DNA from: an uncultured Chitinophagaceae bacterium
GTDB taxonomy: Bacteria; Bacteroidota; Bacteroidia; Chitinophagales; Chitinophagaceae
DNA length: 64,000 bases
Direction: 5' to 3'
Assembly: GCA_964409025.1 (NCBI GenBank)
Contig: CAYPBV010000002.1
Location: forward strand, 927-64,926
Position numbers and translations under genes: made by a program. The notes under the pieces were generated by a model that saw only the letters and a list, made by a program, of their open reading frames with translations, was not told the DNA's origin and made no database searches. Positions 1-8,525 of this stretch are shown here, piece by piece. Positions within the stretch are counted from its first letter, which is position 1. Every line of letters begins with the position of its first letter.

Positions 1-1238
1 TTTACGATTTTTGAATTTACTGCATTGCCTAATGCTCTAAATGCTGCATTATCATTTGCAGGCAATTCAATACCTTCTAATGATTGAAGTTTCAAACCTT
101 CCTCTTTTGTAATGTATCGCTTCTGCCAACCAATAATTGGAATTTGTGTGTTGGTGCAAACGAGTGAAGGGAAAAAATCAACTTTTTTTACTCTAATACC
201 CGAAGCTCTGAATTGTAAAATATATTCTGCTAGTTTTCTTTTTCCTTCACCAACATTCCACTCTAATTTTTGCCAACTCTGAGAGTCGTATTCTGCAATT
301 TCATTTACTACATCCTGAACATGCTTTTTATTTTCTTGATAAAATTCCCTACTCTGTCTTATATAGCTCCGTTTCCAACCAGGAAATGCTTTTTCAACTC
401 TTGCATAGCTTGGCAGATTTTTTCGCTGTTCGTCCTTAGTCATTCTTTTTAAACTCACTCCAAAGTTTCCTTTATATTCGCCCAATTCACTTACAGAAAG
501 TTTCAGTGGATAAGAAGTTTCAAATGGATAGGTTGCTCCAAACTCCATTCCCCAAATTGGAAATCCTGGCAATCTTGTTTCTTTAGGAATTTGATCTATG
601 AACTTTTGCCATAACCTTAAGCACTCTTGATTTGCTTTTGGTAATGCTTTAAATTGTTTTGGATTTTCTTCAATAAACTGATGAATATTTATTAGTGAGG
701 TTTTTTGTTTGTCAATTTCATCAAAAGAAAAATGGTCAAGTCCTTTTAATGAGCCTACTATAAAAATTCTCTTTCTATGTTGTGGTATTCCAAAGTCCTG
801 AGGTGAGTACACTTGGTAGTCAACTTCATATTCTAGATCAGTAAGTTTTTTGTGCATGTAGTTCCATGTTTCTTCATTGTCATGTTGTTTAATAAATGGA
901 ACGTTTTCAAGAATAAAATACTTTGGAGTTCGGTACGCAAGAATTTTTACAATCTCGTCAAATAATGTTCCTCTGTCATCTTCACGCCCTAATTGTTTTC
1001 CTGCTTTTGAAAATGGCTGGCAAGGAAAGCCAGCACACAAAATATCATGTTTGGGGATGCTGTCAAGTTCGTTTGTAACAATTTTTTTTATATCGCCTTT
1101 TGGTTCAAGGCCCCAGTTTGTTTTATATACTTCTCGTAAAGTTTGGTCAAGTTCACTAGCAAAAACACACTCGTGCCCTAATTCATGTAATGCCTTATGA
1201 AAACCGCCAAGCCCTGCAAAAAGATCAATGAATTTCAT
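1..1238 (-). CDS. dcm: DNA (cytosine-5)-methyltransferase, 3' end runs off the window
   Basis: Manual minus-strand translation from ATG 1238: MKFIDLFAGLGGF (motif I), LCAGFPCQPFS (IV), ILENV (VI), PQHRKRIF (VIII), ALGNAV (X). AT-rich. Absent from the ORF track. Confidence 0.93.
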   Translation of the reverse strand, partial: MKFIDLFAGLGGFHKALHELGHECVFASELDQTLREVYKTNWGLEPKGDIKKIVTNELDSIPKHDILCAGFPCQPFSKAGKQLGREDDRGTLFDEIVKILAYRTPKYFILENVPFIKQHDNEETWNYMHKKLTDLEYEVDYQVYSPQDFGIPQHRKRIFIVGSLKGLDHFSFDEIDKQKTSLINIHQFIEENPKQFKALPKANQECLRLWQKFIDQIPKETRLPGFPIWGMEFGATYPFETSYPLKLSVSELGEYKGNFGVSLKRMTKDEQRKNLPSYARVEKAFPGWKRSYIRQSREFYQENKKHVQDVVNEIAEYDSQSWQKLEWNVGEGKRKLAEYILQFRASGIRVKKVDFFPSLVCTNTQIPIIGWQKRYITKEEGLKLQSLEGIELPANDNAAFRALGNAVNSKIV

Positions 1239-1477
1239 AATATATATCGTAAAGCATTTAAATACAATTATAAAACGATTTATAATGAATTCAAAAAAGA
1301 ATTTCACTCCCTCAACAGCCTTTCACACAGCATAAATATATTCGTTCACAATTGCACACTGTCCGCCATTGTTCGGTTTTTCATCAACGATACTTGCACA
1401 CCGCCTCACTCCTTCTTTCCCTCCGTATCCTTTGCTCCTTTGTGTGATGCCTTTCTTATATATTCCTTTCCCCTTCC

Positions 1478-1543
1478 GGGAAAATCATCCATCAACCGGC
1501 GTTCATCCTCCATTTTTTAAGGCGGGCTGTTGATGCAATTTTG
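1478..1543 (+). promoter_or_regulatory. Putative AraC-activated promoter, copy 1
   Basis: GGGAAAATCATCCATCAACCGGCGTTCATCCTCCATTT at 1478-1515, then -7-like CAATTTTG at 1536-1543. 32/38 identical to the copy at 2188. Confidence 0.65.
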
Positions 1544-1582
1544 TGTTGTCAATAACGACATCAAATATTAAAACATAAAACA

Positions 1583-2134
1583 ATGAAACAATTTACAGTT
1601 CCTTCAAGAAACGAAGTAAGCCCCGCCAACCAGGAAATTTTTGACAACCTCAACAAAGCCCTTGGTTTTGTGCCCAATCTCTATGCTACCATTGGTCTTT
1701 CAAGCAACGGGCTGGGCCGTTACCTGGCCTATCAAAATGCCAAAACCAGTTTGAGCAATAAAGAAAAAGAAGCGGTGAATCTGATTGTGAGCCAGATTAA
1801 CGGATGTGTGTATTGCCAGAGCGCCCACACCGTAATTGGTAAAATGAATGGTTTTACTGATGATCAGATACTGAACATCCGCCGTGGCACTGCAGCAGAT
1901 GCAAAACTAAATGCACTGGTGCAACTGGCTGCCGCTATCACCAGAAACAAAGGCCGTGCTGATGCTGCTGCGGTAGATGCTTTTTTTGCAGCAGGTTATA
2001 CTAATGAACACCTGGTAGACCTGATATTGCAGGTAAGTGAAAAAATTGCCATGAATTATTTGCACAATCTTACACAGGTGCCGGTTGATTTTCCGGTGGC
2101 GCCATCGTTAGAACCTGCTGCCAGCGTGAACTAA
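1583..2134 (+). CDS. AhpD/carboxymuconolactone decarboxylase-family peroxidase-like protein
   Basis: GFVPNLY, KEKEAVNLIVSQINGCVYCQSAH (CxxC...H AhpD core). Confidence 0.88.
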   Translation: MKQFTVPSRNEVSPANQEIFDNLNKALGFVPNLYATIGLSSNGLGRYLAYQNAKTSLSNKEKEAVNLIVSQINGCVYCQSAHTVIGKMNGFTDDQILNIRRGTAADAKLNALVQLAAAITRNKGRADAAAVDAFFAAGYTNEHLVDLILQVSEKIAMNYLHNLTQVPVDFPVAPSLEPAASVN

Positions 2135-2148
2135 AAAAAAGCTAAATG

Positions 2149-2179
2149 AAAAAAGGCCGGGCAAGTTCCCGGCTTTTTT
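2149..2179 (+). terminator. Intrinsic terminator
   Basis: AAAAAAGGCCGGG-CAAGTT-CCCGGCTTTTTT just after the stop codon. Confidence 0.8.
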
Positions 2180-2187
2180 GTCCATCT

Positions 2188-2253
2188 GGGAAAATTGTCC
2201 ATCACAGTGCGTTCATCCTCCATTTGTAACCACTCTATGTAAAACGAACTTTG
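2188..2253 (+). promoter_or_regulatory. Putative AraC-activated promoter, copy 2
   Basis: GGGAAAATTGTCCATCACAGTGCGTTCATCCTCCATTT at 2188-2225, then GAACTTTG at 2246-2253. Same 58-bp offset as copy 1. Confidence 0.65.
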
Positions 2254-2271
2254 TATGATAAAAGAAAAACA

Positions 2272-2907
2272 ATGACAACAACTACCAATACAGTGAAACT
2301 TACAAAAAGTGATTATAAATCCTTTCTTCAACAAGGCATCAGCTATCAGCAATACAAACAAAACATGGCCGAAGACCTGGCGCTTAATGAGGATCTGAAA
2401 ACAAAGGAATACATCCATCTCAATCAGCGCCGCATGGTACGGGTTGAAAAAACCTACACCCCGTCTTTAGAAATCATCCAACAACTAAAAAAACTTACAC
2501 ATAAAACATACTGGCTGGTAGTAACGGAGCATTGGTGTGGTGATGCATCACAAAATTTACCGGTGTTCAATGCTCTTGCAGAACTGAGTGATGGAAAGAT
2601 TGAACTGAAACTGGTATACCGTGACCGCAATGATGAACTCATGAATGCTTACCTTACCAACGGAACCCGGTCCATTCCCAAACTGGTTCAGCTGGATAAA
2701 CATTTTAATGTAACCGGCATATGGGGACCAAGACCAACCGTTGCACAAAAACTGGTAAAGGAATTAAAAGCCAATCCTGCCACGGCAGCAACGTATGGCA
2801 ACGAACTGCATGCATGGTATGCTAAAAATAAAAACCAGGAACTGGAAAAAGAAACAGCACAACTGCTTTACAGGGCTACTTTGTTTTGTGCAGATTGTTT
2901 ATCATAA
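2272..2907 (+). CDS. Thioredoxin-like family protein (WCGD type)
   Basis: [19 protein letters not shown] (cis-Pro), WGPRP. ATG 2272 preferred over TTG 2251, which overlaps the promoter box. Confidence 0.85.
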   Translation: MTTTTNTVKLTKSDYKSFLQQGISYQQYKQNMAEDLALNEDLKTKEYIHLNQRRMVRVEKTYTPSLEIIQQLKKLTHKTYWLVVTEHWCGDASQNLPVFNALAELSDGKIELKLVYRDRNDELMNAYLTNGTRSIPKLVQLDKHFNVTGIWGPRPTVAQKLVKELKANPATAATYGNELHAWYAKNKNQELEKETAQLLYRATLFCADCLS

Positions 2908-2914
2908 AACTTAT

Positions 2915-2983
2915 CCCACAGAAACACAAAGAATACAAAGTTTACAATAATATTCTTCTTGGTGTCCTTTGTGCCTTTGGGGG
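2915..2983. repeat. Imperfect inverted repeat built from ~9-nt units
   Basis: CCCACAGAAACACAAAGAATACAAAG (2915-2940) ... CTTGGTGTCCTTTGTGCCTTTGGGGG (2958-2983). Confidence 0.6.
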
Positions 2984-3002
2984 AAACAAAAAATCAAAAC
3001 AC

Positions 3003-3416
3003 ATGGAACAACGTCATCCCCTTCCGCCGTTTACAGAAGAAACAGCCATACAAAAAATTCAGATGGCAGAAGATGCCTGGAACAGTAAAGACCCCGAGCG
3101 TGTTTCAAAAGCATATACAATAGATAGCGAATGGAGAAACCGGAATGTATTTTTAAAAGGCAGAGCTGAAATTGTACAGTTTCTCAGCGGCAAATGGCAA
3201 CGGGAGTTAAACTACAAACTCAGAAAAGAATACTGGGCGCATACGGGTAACCGCATTGCCGTTAGGTTTGAATATGAATTTCAGAATGCAGCAGGGCAAT
3301 GGTTCAGGGCGTATGGTAATGAAAACTGGGAGTTTGATGAAAACGGTTATATGGCCAAACGCTTTGCAAGTATTAATGATTTGGAAATTGAAGAGAGTGA
3401 AAGAAAATTCAAATGA
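3003..3416 (+). CDS. DUF1348 / NTF2-SnoaL-like protein
   Basis: [52 protein letters not shown]. Start moved to ATG 3003. Confidence 0.9.
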   Translation: MEQRHPLPPFTEETAIQKIQMAEDAWNSKDPERVSKAYTIDSEWRNRNVFLKGRAEIVQFLSGKWQRELNYKLRKEYWAHTGNRIAVRFEYEFQNAAGQWFRAYGNENWEFDENGYMAKRFASINDLEIEESERKFK

Positions 3417-3428
3417 AAAAGAACAGTT

Positions 3429-3539
3429 ATGATACAGAAATTAACAGATGCAACACAAGGGAACGAAGTGGTTGTTATTCCTGATGAATGTGGTGATACA
3501 CTTTGGGATGAGGTGCTGGCAGCAGCTGAACAAAACTAA
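3429..3539 (+). CDS. Putative 36-aa acidic small protein
   Basis: MIQKLTDATQGNEVVVIPDECGDTLWDEVLAAAEQN*. Fills the gap between co-oriented genes. Confidence 0.45.
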   Translation: MIQKLTDATQGNEVVVIPDECGDTLWDEVLAAAEQN

Positions 3540-3574
3540 ATTGTAGCTTTAACCACTTTCAAAAAAAAACAATT

Positions 3575-4024
3575 ATGCTTATCGCTATACTGCAAGCGCT
3601 GTTTGAGCGTGATCTTTTAAAACTGAAAACCGAAATAGAACTCTACCATGATGAAAAAAAATTATGGTACATTGAAAAACAAATCAATAATTCAGCAGGC
3701 AATCTTTGTCTGCACTTAATAGGTAACCTCAATGCGTTTATTGGTGCGGAGCTGGGTAACACTGGTTATATACGCAAGAGGGAACTGGAGTTTTCATTAA
3801 AAGATGTTCCCCGGAAGGAATTACTTGAAAAAATTGAAGCAACAACAGAAGTGGTGAAGCAAACTCTCCAAAAAATAACAGAGGAACAACTGCTGGCATA
3901 TTATCCGCTGATGGTGTTTAAAGAAAAACAAACTACAGGAATGTTTTTAACACACCTGGCTACACACCTCAGCTATCATTCAGGACAAATTAATTATCAC
4001 CGCCGTCTGCTGGATGCAGAATAA
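3575..4024 (+). CDS. DinB-superfamily protein (DUF1572-like)
   Basis: NSAGNLCLHLIGNL, RKRELEF, THLSYHSGQINYHRR. Confidence 0.85.
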   Translation: MLIAILQALFERDLLKLKTEIELYHDEKKLWYIEKQINNSAGNLCLHLIGNLNAFIGAELGNTGYIRKRELEFSLKDVPRKELLEKIEATTEVVKQTLQKITEEQLLAYYPLMVFKEKQTTGMFLTHLATHLSYHSGQINYHRRLLDAE

Positions 4025-4036
4025 TACATACATACA

Positions 4037-4918
4037 ATGATGAATCAATCAGCCTTTACACTTGTTAATCCGCAAAACGGAAATCTTGCGTTCAAATTAT
4101 TTTCATTTGAAGACAATGCTCATTTCGATCACATTCAACGGAATAATTATTTTTCGCTGATATGGGTAAAAGAAGGCAATGGAAACGTAAAAGCTGATTT
4201 TACGGAATATGAATTTGAAGCCAATACGTTATTTGCTTTTTCACCCTACCAGCCGTATATGCTTACTGCAAAAGAACCTGTTAAGGGTATTGCTATTTAC
4301 TTTCATTCTGAGTTTTTCTGCATCTTTAAACACCACAAAGAAGTTTCCTGCAATGGTGTGTTGTACAATAATATTTACAACCCTCCTTTTGTAAAAGTAG
4401 ACGAACCATCTGCTGCTACATTCCAGATGTTAAGCGATCAGATTAAAACAGAAATGCAAAACGCTGATCTTGCCCAATACGAGTTGTTGGTTTCTTATCT
4501 CAAAATATTTCTGATTACTGCAGCCCGTTTAAAAACACAGCAGCAACCGGAAGCCGCAGCGGTGCTGACCGATCAGAAAGAACCGTTTATTCTTCAAAAG
4601 CTCAAAGATGCCATTGAAGAAAATTTTAAAACCAAACATTCACCCTCTGATTATGCAGAGCTGCTGTACATCACACCCAAAGCATTGGCAAAAATTACTA
4701 AAACGCATTTTAATAAAACGCTCAGCAGTTTAATTAATGAACGCATCATCATTGAAGCCAAGCGTGAATTGTACCTCACGAACAAAACAGTAAAAGAAAT
4801 TGCGTATGAACTGGGTTATGATGATGAATATTATTTCAGCCGTTTTTTTAAAGTAAATGCAGATGTATCACCCCAGGTGTACAGGGAAACGGTGGGGTAT
4901 GCAAAAATGAAGGCATAA
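4037..4918 (+). CDS. AraC-family transcriptional regulator
   Basis: C-terminal double HTH: KTVKEIAYELGYDDEYYFSRFFK. Confidence 0.93.
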   Translation: MMNQSAFTLVNPQNGNLAFKLFSFEDNAHFDHIQRNNYFSLIWVKEGNGNVKADFTEYEFEANTLFAFSPYQPYMLTAKEPVKGIAIYFHSEFFCIFKHHKEVSCNGVLYNNIYNPPFVKVDEPSAATFQMLSDQIKTEMQNADLAQYELLVSYLKIFLITAARLKTQQQPEAAAVLTDQKEPFILQKLKDAIEENFKTKHSPSDYAELLYITPKALAKITKTHFNKTLSSLINERIIIEAKRELYLTNKTVKEIAYELGYDDEYYFSRFFKVNADVSPQVYRETVGYAKMKA

Positions 4919-4966
4919 AACGGAAGTCCGTTATGCGTCGAAAGGCTTTAAAACGCTTTTAAAAAA

Positions 4967-5491
4967 TTATTTTTTTTGATACTGTAACTGTACCAACCCG
5001 CTCTTGTAAGTATCCGCTTTTACCAACCGCAGCTGCTGCATGGAAAACTGTTCAAACAACCGGATGCCGCCACCCAGCAGTACGGGTATAATGGAAATGG
5101 TAAATACATCAAACAAACTGTGTTGCAGTAAAAGGTTCACTACCTGAGCACCGCCGTCGCAAAAAATGGTATGGCCTTCTTTTGCTTTAAGTTCCTTTAC
5201 AAGTGCAGGCACATCGCCTGTATAAAAATGATTATTACCTATGGAGGCAGCAGGTGTTCGGGTTATTATGTACGCCTCTTTATCTGCGTGCGGAAAAGGA
5301 TACCCCATCTGCAATACTTTATCATATGTGCGTTTACCCACAATAACTGTGTCCACTTTTTCAATAAATGCACCATAACCATAATCTTCACCGGGTGTTT
5401 GTACTGCATCAAGAAATGAAAGATCATCGCCGGGAGCAGCAATATATCCATCCAGACTCATAGCAATATAAAGCTCTAAAGGTCTTGGCAT
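4967..5491 (-). CDS. Dihydrofolate reductase-like (RibD C-terminal) protein
   Basis: IAMSLDGYIA, VGKRTY, DGGAQ, IIPVLLGGGIRLF. Confidence 0.88.
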   Translation of the reverse strand: MPRPLELYIAMSLDGYIAAPGDDLSFLDAVQTPGEDYGYGAFIEKVDTVIVGKRTYDKVLQMGYPFPHADKEAYIITRTPAASIGNNHFYTGDVPALVKELKAKEGHTIFCDGGAQVVNLLLQHSLFDVFTISIIPVLLGGGIRLFEQFSMQQLRLVKADTYKSGLVQLQYQKK

Positions 5492-5742
5492 ATGTGTATG
5501 ATTAAGCTGTTAAAGTTAGAACACAGGTTGTTTGTAACCGCTCACATATTTGTGTGAGGTGATGCTGCTGTTTATACATTCACGGTTCCTGTTGGTCTTT
5601 TACGCTGTAAGCAGATTTTTGTGTGTTCATCTTTGATTCTTTCATCGGCTATGAGCAAATACCAACAGCAGCAAAAAAGTAAATCATTCACCAAAAAAAT
5701 GCAAGGATTCTCACATCTTTCATCAATACCCATACAATGACT

Positions 5743-6519
5743 TTAGGATACAGCTATGGGCTCTGTTGCCTCCAGCACCGCTGTCCATAAGTCACGGCGC
5801 AGACTCAGAGCAGTAATACAGGCATCGGTTGCCTGCATCCATTTTTCCGTATCATCACCACAAAGTTCTTCTACCATTTGTAAAGCAAGTGCACTATGAT
5901 GATCCCCATCCACTTCAATATGCCGCTCCAGATAATACCGGAAGGTGTTTAGCTGCTCCGGATATTGGGCTGATAAACGAATGACCAGCTCATGAAACAT
6001 ATCGGGTATCAGGTCTTCACGCCCAAAGGTGAACACGGCCGCCTGAACATGCACGGGTGCTTTTTCAATAATGTCAAACGTAAAACCGCAAAATGAACGG
6101 ATGGCTTCGGGCAATTCCAAGCGGTTAATCACTTCCTTAACCGGTATGCCCTGTTGCAACAGCACTAACAGTTCACGGATGGTGCTGGTAGCAGCACCCA
6201 TTTCCTGCATGGCCTTAAGGTAGAGTTCAAAATGACTGATGCGGTTACCGGCTGCATCTATATCACTCTCTTCACCGGTTACAATTTCATTAATCAGGTA
6301 GCGGGTGTCTGCATGCCCCACCGGCACCCACGGATGTGTAACACAGGTGAGCTGCCGTTGTAAACTTTTTAATAGACTCATAAAATCCCAAACGGCAAAT
6401 ACATGATATTGGGTAAATATCTGCAGTTGTTCCAGTTGCTGCAGTTGCGGGTACAGCGGGTGAGCAATAATTTCACGTCGTACGGATTCTGTTTGTTGCA
6501 GGAGGTAAGTGCGTTGCAT
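5743..6519 (-). CDS. DUF3050 heme-oxygenase-like protein
   Basis: HVFAVWDFMSLLKSLQ, INEIVTGEESD, SHFELY, FTFGREDLIP, YLERHIEVDGDHH. Confidence 0.85.
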   Translation of the reverse strand: MQRTYLLQQTESVRREIIAHPLYPQLQQLEQLQIFTQYHVFAVWDFMSLLKSLQRQLTCVTHPWVPVGHADTRYLINEIVTGEESDIDAAGNRISHFELYLKAMQEMGAATSTIRELLVLLQQGIPVKEVINRLELPEAIRSFCGFTFDIIEKAPVHVQAAVFTFGREDLIPDMFHELVIRLSAQYPEQLNTFRYYLERHIEVDGDHHSALALQMVEELCGDDTEKWMQATDACITALSLRRDLWTAVLEATEPIAVS

Positions 6520-6753
6520 ATTTTACTTTTTTTCTACTAACAGTTAAGGCAAACCGAGGTTTGGTAAAACATATAACCTTACCGTTTTTTTACAGAACAG
6601 GACAAGGGATTGTTCAAACAGGAATATTTGTTAGAGCGGCTATATAAAAATGCAAATCAGGGATTACACAATGGGCCGCACTGCAGGTGGAGCTACTGCA
6701 TTGTACCAGGGTCAAAATGTTTCGTTGTACTTCATACTGCTGTTGCAACATGT

Positions 6754-7692
6754 TTACTGGCCTTCTTCGCCTCTTGATGAAGAAGCTGCAGCGGTAGTTT
6801 TTAAACCTGATGCTGCCTGCTCATACCGGTTGTGAATCCACAACAGCAACACACCAAACAGTACAGCCACAAGTATCAATACAGCATTCAAGATGCCTTC
6901 TGCAGCAAAAGACAGTTTAATCAGCGTTGTAGATATAATAAAACCGGAATTGCGGATGATTTTGTAAAACTCATCCGTATGAAACAAAGAAAACAACAGC
7001 AGCAATACATCTACCAGAATGAGCACTGTAAAAAAGTCTTCAAAAAACACCTGGTTCACATTTTTCATGGTAGTAAGCAACCGATCAATTGAAAACAAGC
7101 CGGCCGTTATCCAATGCAGAAAACTGTACACTGCCAATACAAAAAATACAGGCAATAAGAACCTGGATACAGTTTGCTTGAGACGAATAAAGCCCTGCAG
7201 CTTCAGTTCGTATGCCTGCACGTGCGGCTGGTTGCGCATCTGCTTTTGATTGAGCCGGTAAAAAATAAAGATGAGCAAAAAGAGCAGCAGGGTAGCAGCC
7301 AGATCCACTGAAAACTGCAGGTCATACTTTACAGAAATCCACTGATCAGTAAATTCCAGATGGGATAAATCTTTAAACAACCGGCGAATGATGATGAGTG
7401 TAATGATTTCATACTGCTTGCCGATATAGATGGTGGTGGATTGGGGCAGGTAATAAATAAGCAGGTACACTTCATATACGATGATAAACGAAAACGGTGT
7501 ATATATAGCTGCAATGGGATTGTGCAGCAGACCCTCTTCTTTTGTTGCATGCAGCAGTCCAAAATGTACGAGACCAATGAGCATAAGATGCAATAAAAAG
7601 CCGGCGATTGCTGTAACAATAATGATGTTTTCTATCCGCTTTTTAGCAGCAGCAGTTAACAACAACCCAAGCCATTTACTTGCAGTACGCAT
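6754..7692 (-). CDS. Uncharacterised multi-pass membrane protein
   Basis: 312 aa, about 7-8 hydrophobic segments. YTPFSF..YEVY and GKQYEIITLIIIRR motifs. Confidence 0.75.
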   Translation of the reverse strand: MRTASKWLGLLLTAAAKKRIENIIIVTAIAGFLLHLMLIGLVHFGLLHATKEEGLLHNPIAAIYTPFSFIIVYEVYLLIYYLPQSTTIYIGKQYEIITLIIIRRLFKDLSHLEFTDQWISVKYDLQFSVDLAATLLLFLLIFIFYRLNQKQMRNQPHVQAYELKLQGFIRLKQTVSRFLLPVFFVLAVYSFLHWITAGLFSIDRLLTTMKNVNQVFFEDFFTVLILVDVLLLLFSLFHTDEFYKIIRNSGFIISTTLIKLSFAAEGILNAVLILVAVLFGVLLLWIHNRYEQAASGLKTTAAASSSRGEEGQ

Positions 7693-7780
7693 AGGTTGTT
7701 ACAACAAAGGATTTAAAGAAAGGTTGTTTCTTTATTCCCCTTGCCTTGCCCTTAACACCTGAGTGATATTATCTTCTTTG

Positions 7781-8431
7781 TCAACTTTTCTCATAAATCC
7801 CAAACACCCGTTTCACCAGTGACACAATGGTGGTAGCCAGTATAGCGCCGCTAAACGCCAGAAAAATATCTTTTTGTGCATCCCATATATCGCCCTGTGT
7901 ACCCAGGTAAGCATCACCCTGTGCTTTAAAAAAGATATCTGCCACCGCCCATTCAATCAACTCATAAAATGCACTGATGCTGAGTGTAATTTCTATCGGC
8001 AAAATCCATGAAACCAATCTGGGATATTGAAACCATTTTAAAAATACTTCACGCATAGGATAGGCCAGTAAAAAACCAAAGCTGAAATGCACAATGCGGT
8101 CGTAATGATTACGTTCCGAAGCAAACAGATCTTTTAACCAGTAACCAAAAGGATTTTCGGCATACGTGTACTTGCTGCCATATACATGCAAACACAGGTA
8201 AACACAAATGAGCAGGTAACTCAAATCACTGAACTGAAATTTTTTGAAACTGAATATCAGAAACAAAACAAACAAAAACGTAAGTGTGTTTTCCAGTAAC
8301 CAGTTGTTCATATCAGTGGTGCCAACAAGTGTACTAATCCACACAGCAATAAAGTCAAACAGAAAGATCCACAACCAGTAATTACTTCGTAACGGAGTGC
8401 GGTAGTTGGAGATTGCAATTGAAAAAGGCGT
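7781..8431 (-). CDS. DUF2238 (YjdF-like) inner-membrane protein; start uncertain (TTG 8374 or ACG 8431)
   Basis: NWLLEN, YTYAENPFG, RNHYDRIVHFSFG, YELIEW, LGTQGDIWDAQKD. Confidence 0.85.
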   Translation of the reverse strand, partial: TPFSIAISNYRTPLRSNYWLWIFLFDFIAVWISTLVGTTDMNNWLLENTLTFLFVLFLIFSFKKFQFSDLSYLLICVYLCLHVYGSKYTYAENPFGYWLKDLFASERNHYDRIVHFSFGFLLAYPMREVFLKWFQYPRLVSWILPIEITLSISAFYELIEWAVADIFFKAQGDAYLGTQGDIWDAQKDIFLAFSGAILATTIVSLVKRVFGIYEKS

Positions 8432-8525
8432 TTTTTAAAACAAGATAAGTATTAAAACCTTTTGTGCAACAGCTTGATTTACTCCTGCTTTTACTTTTTA
8501 TAAACTCAGATTTGATCCTGCTTTA

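Noticed and set aside
270..1520. Plus-strand ORFs 270..452, 877..1200 and 1197..1520
   Set aside because: Antisense shadows of dcm or intergenic/promoter DNA; no protein-like motifs.
2886..3002. N-terminal extension of the DUF1348 ORF
   Set aside because: Runs through the hairpin repeat; the family-like sequence begins at ATG 3003.
5650..5739. 29-aa ORF MSKYQQQQKSKSF...
   Set aside because: Short, no motif and no clear promoter; cannot be supported.
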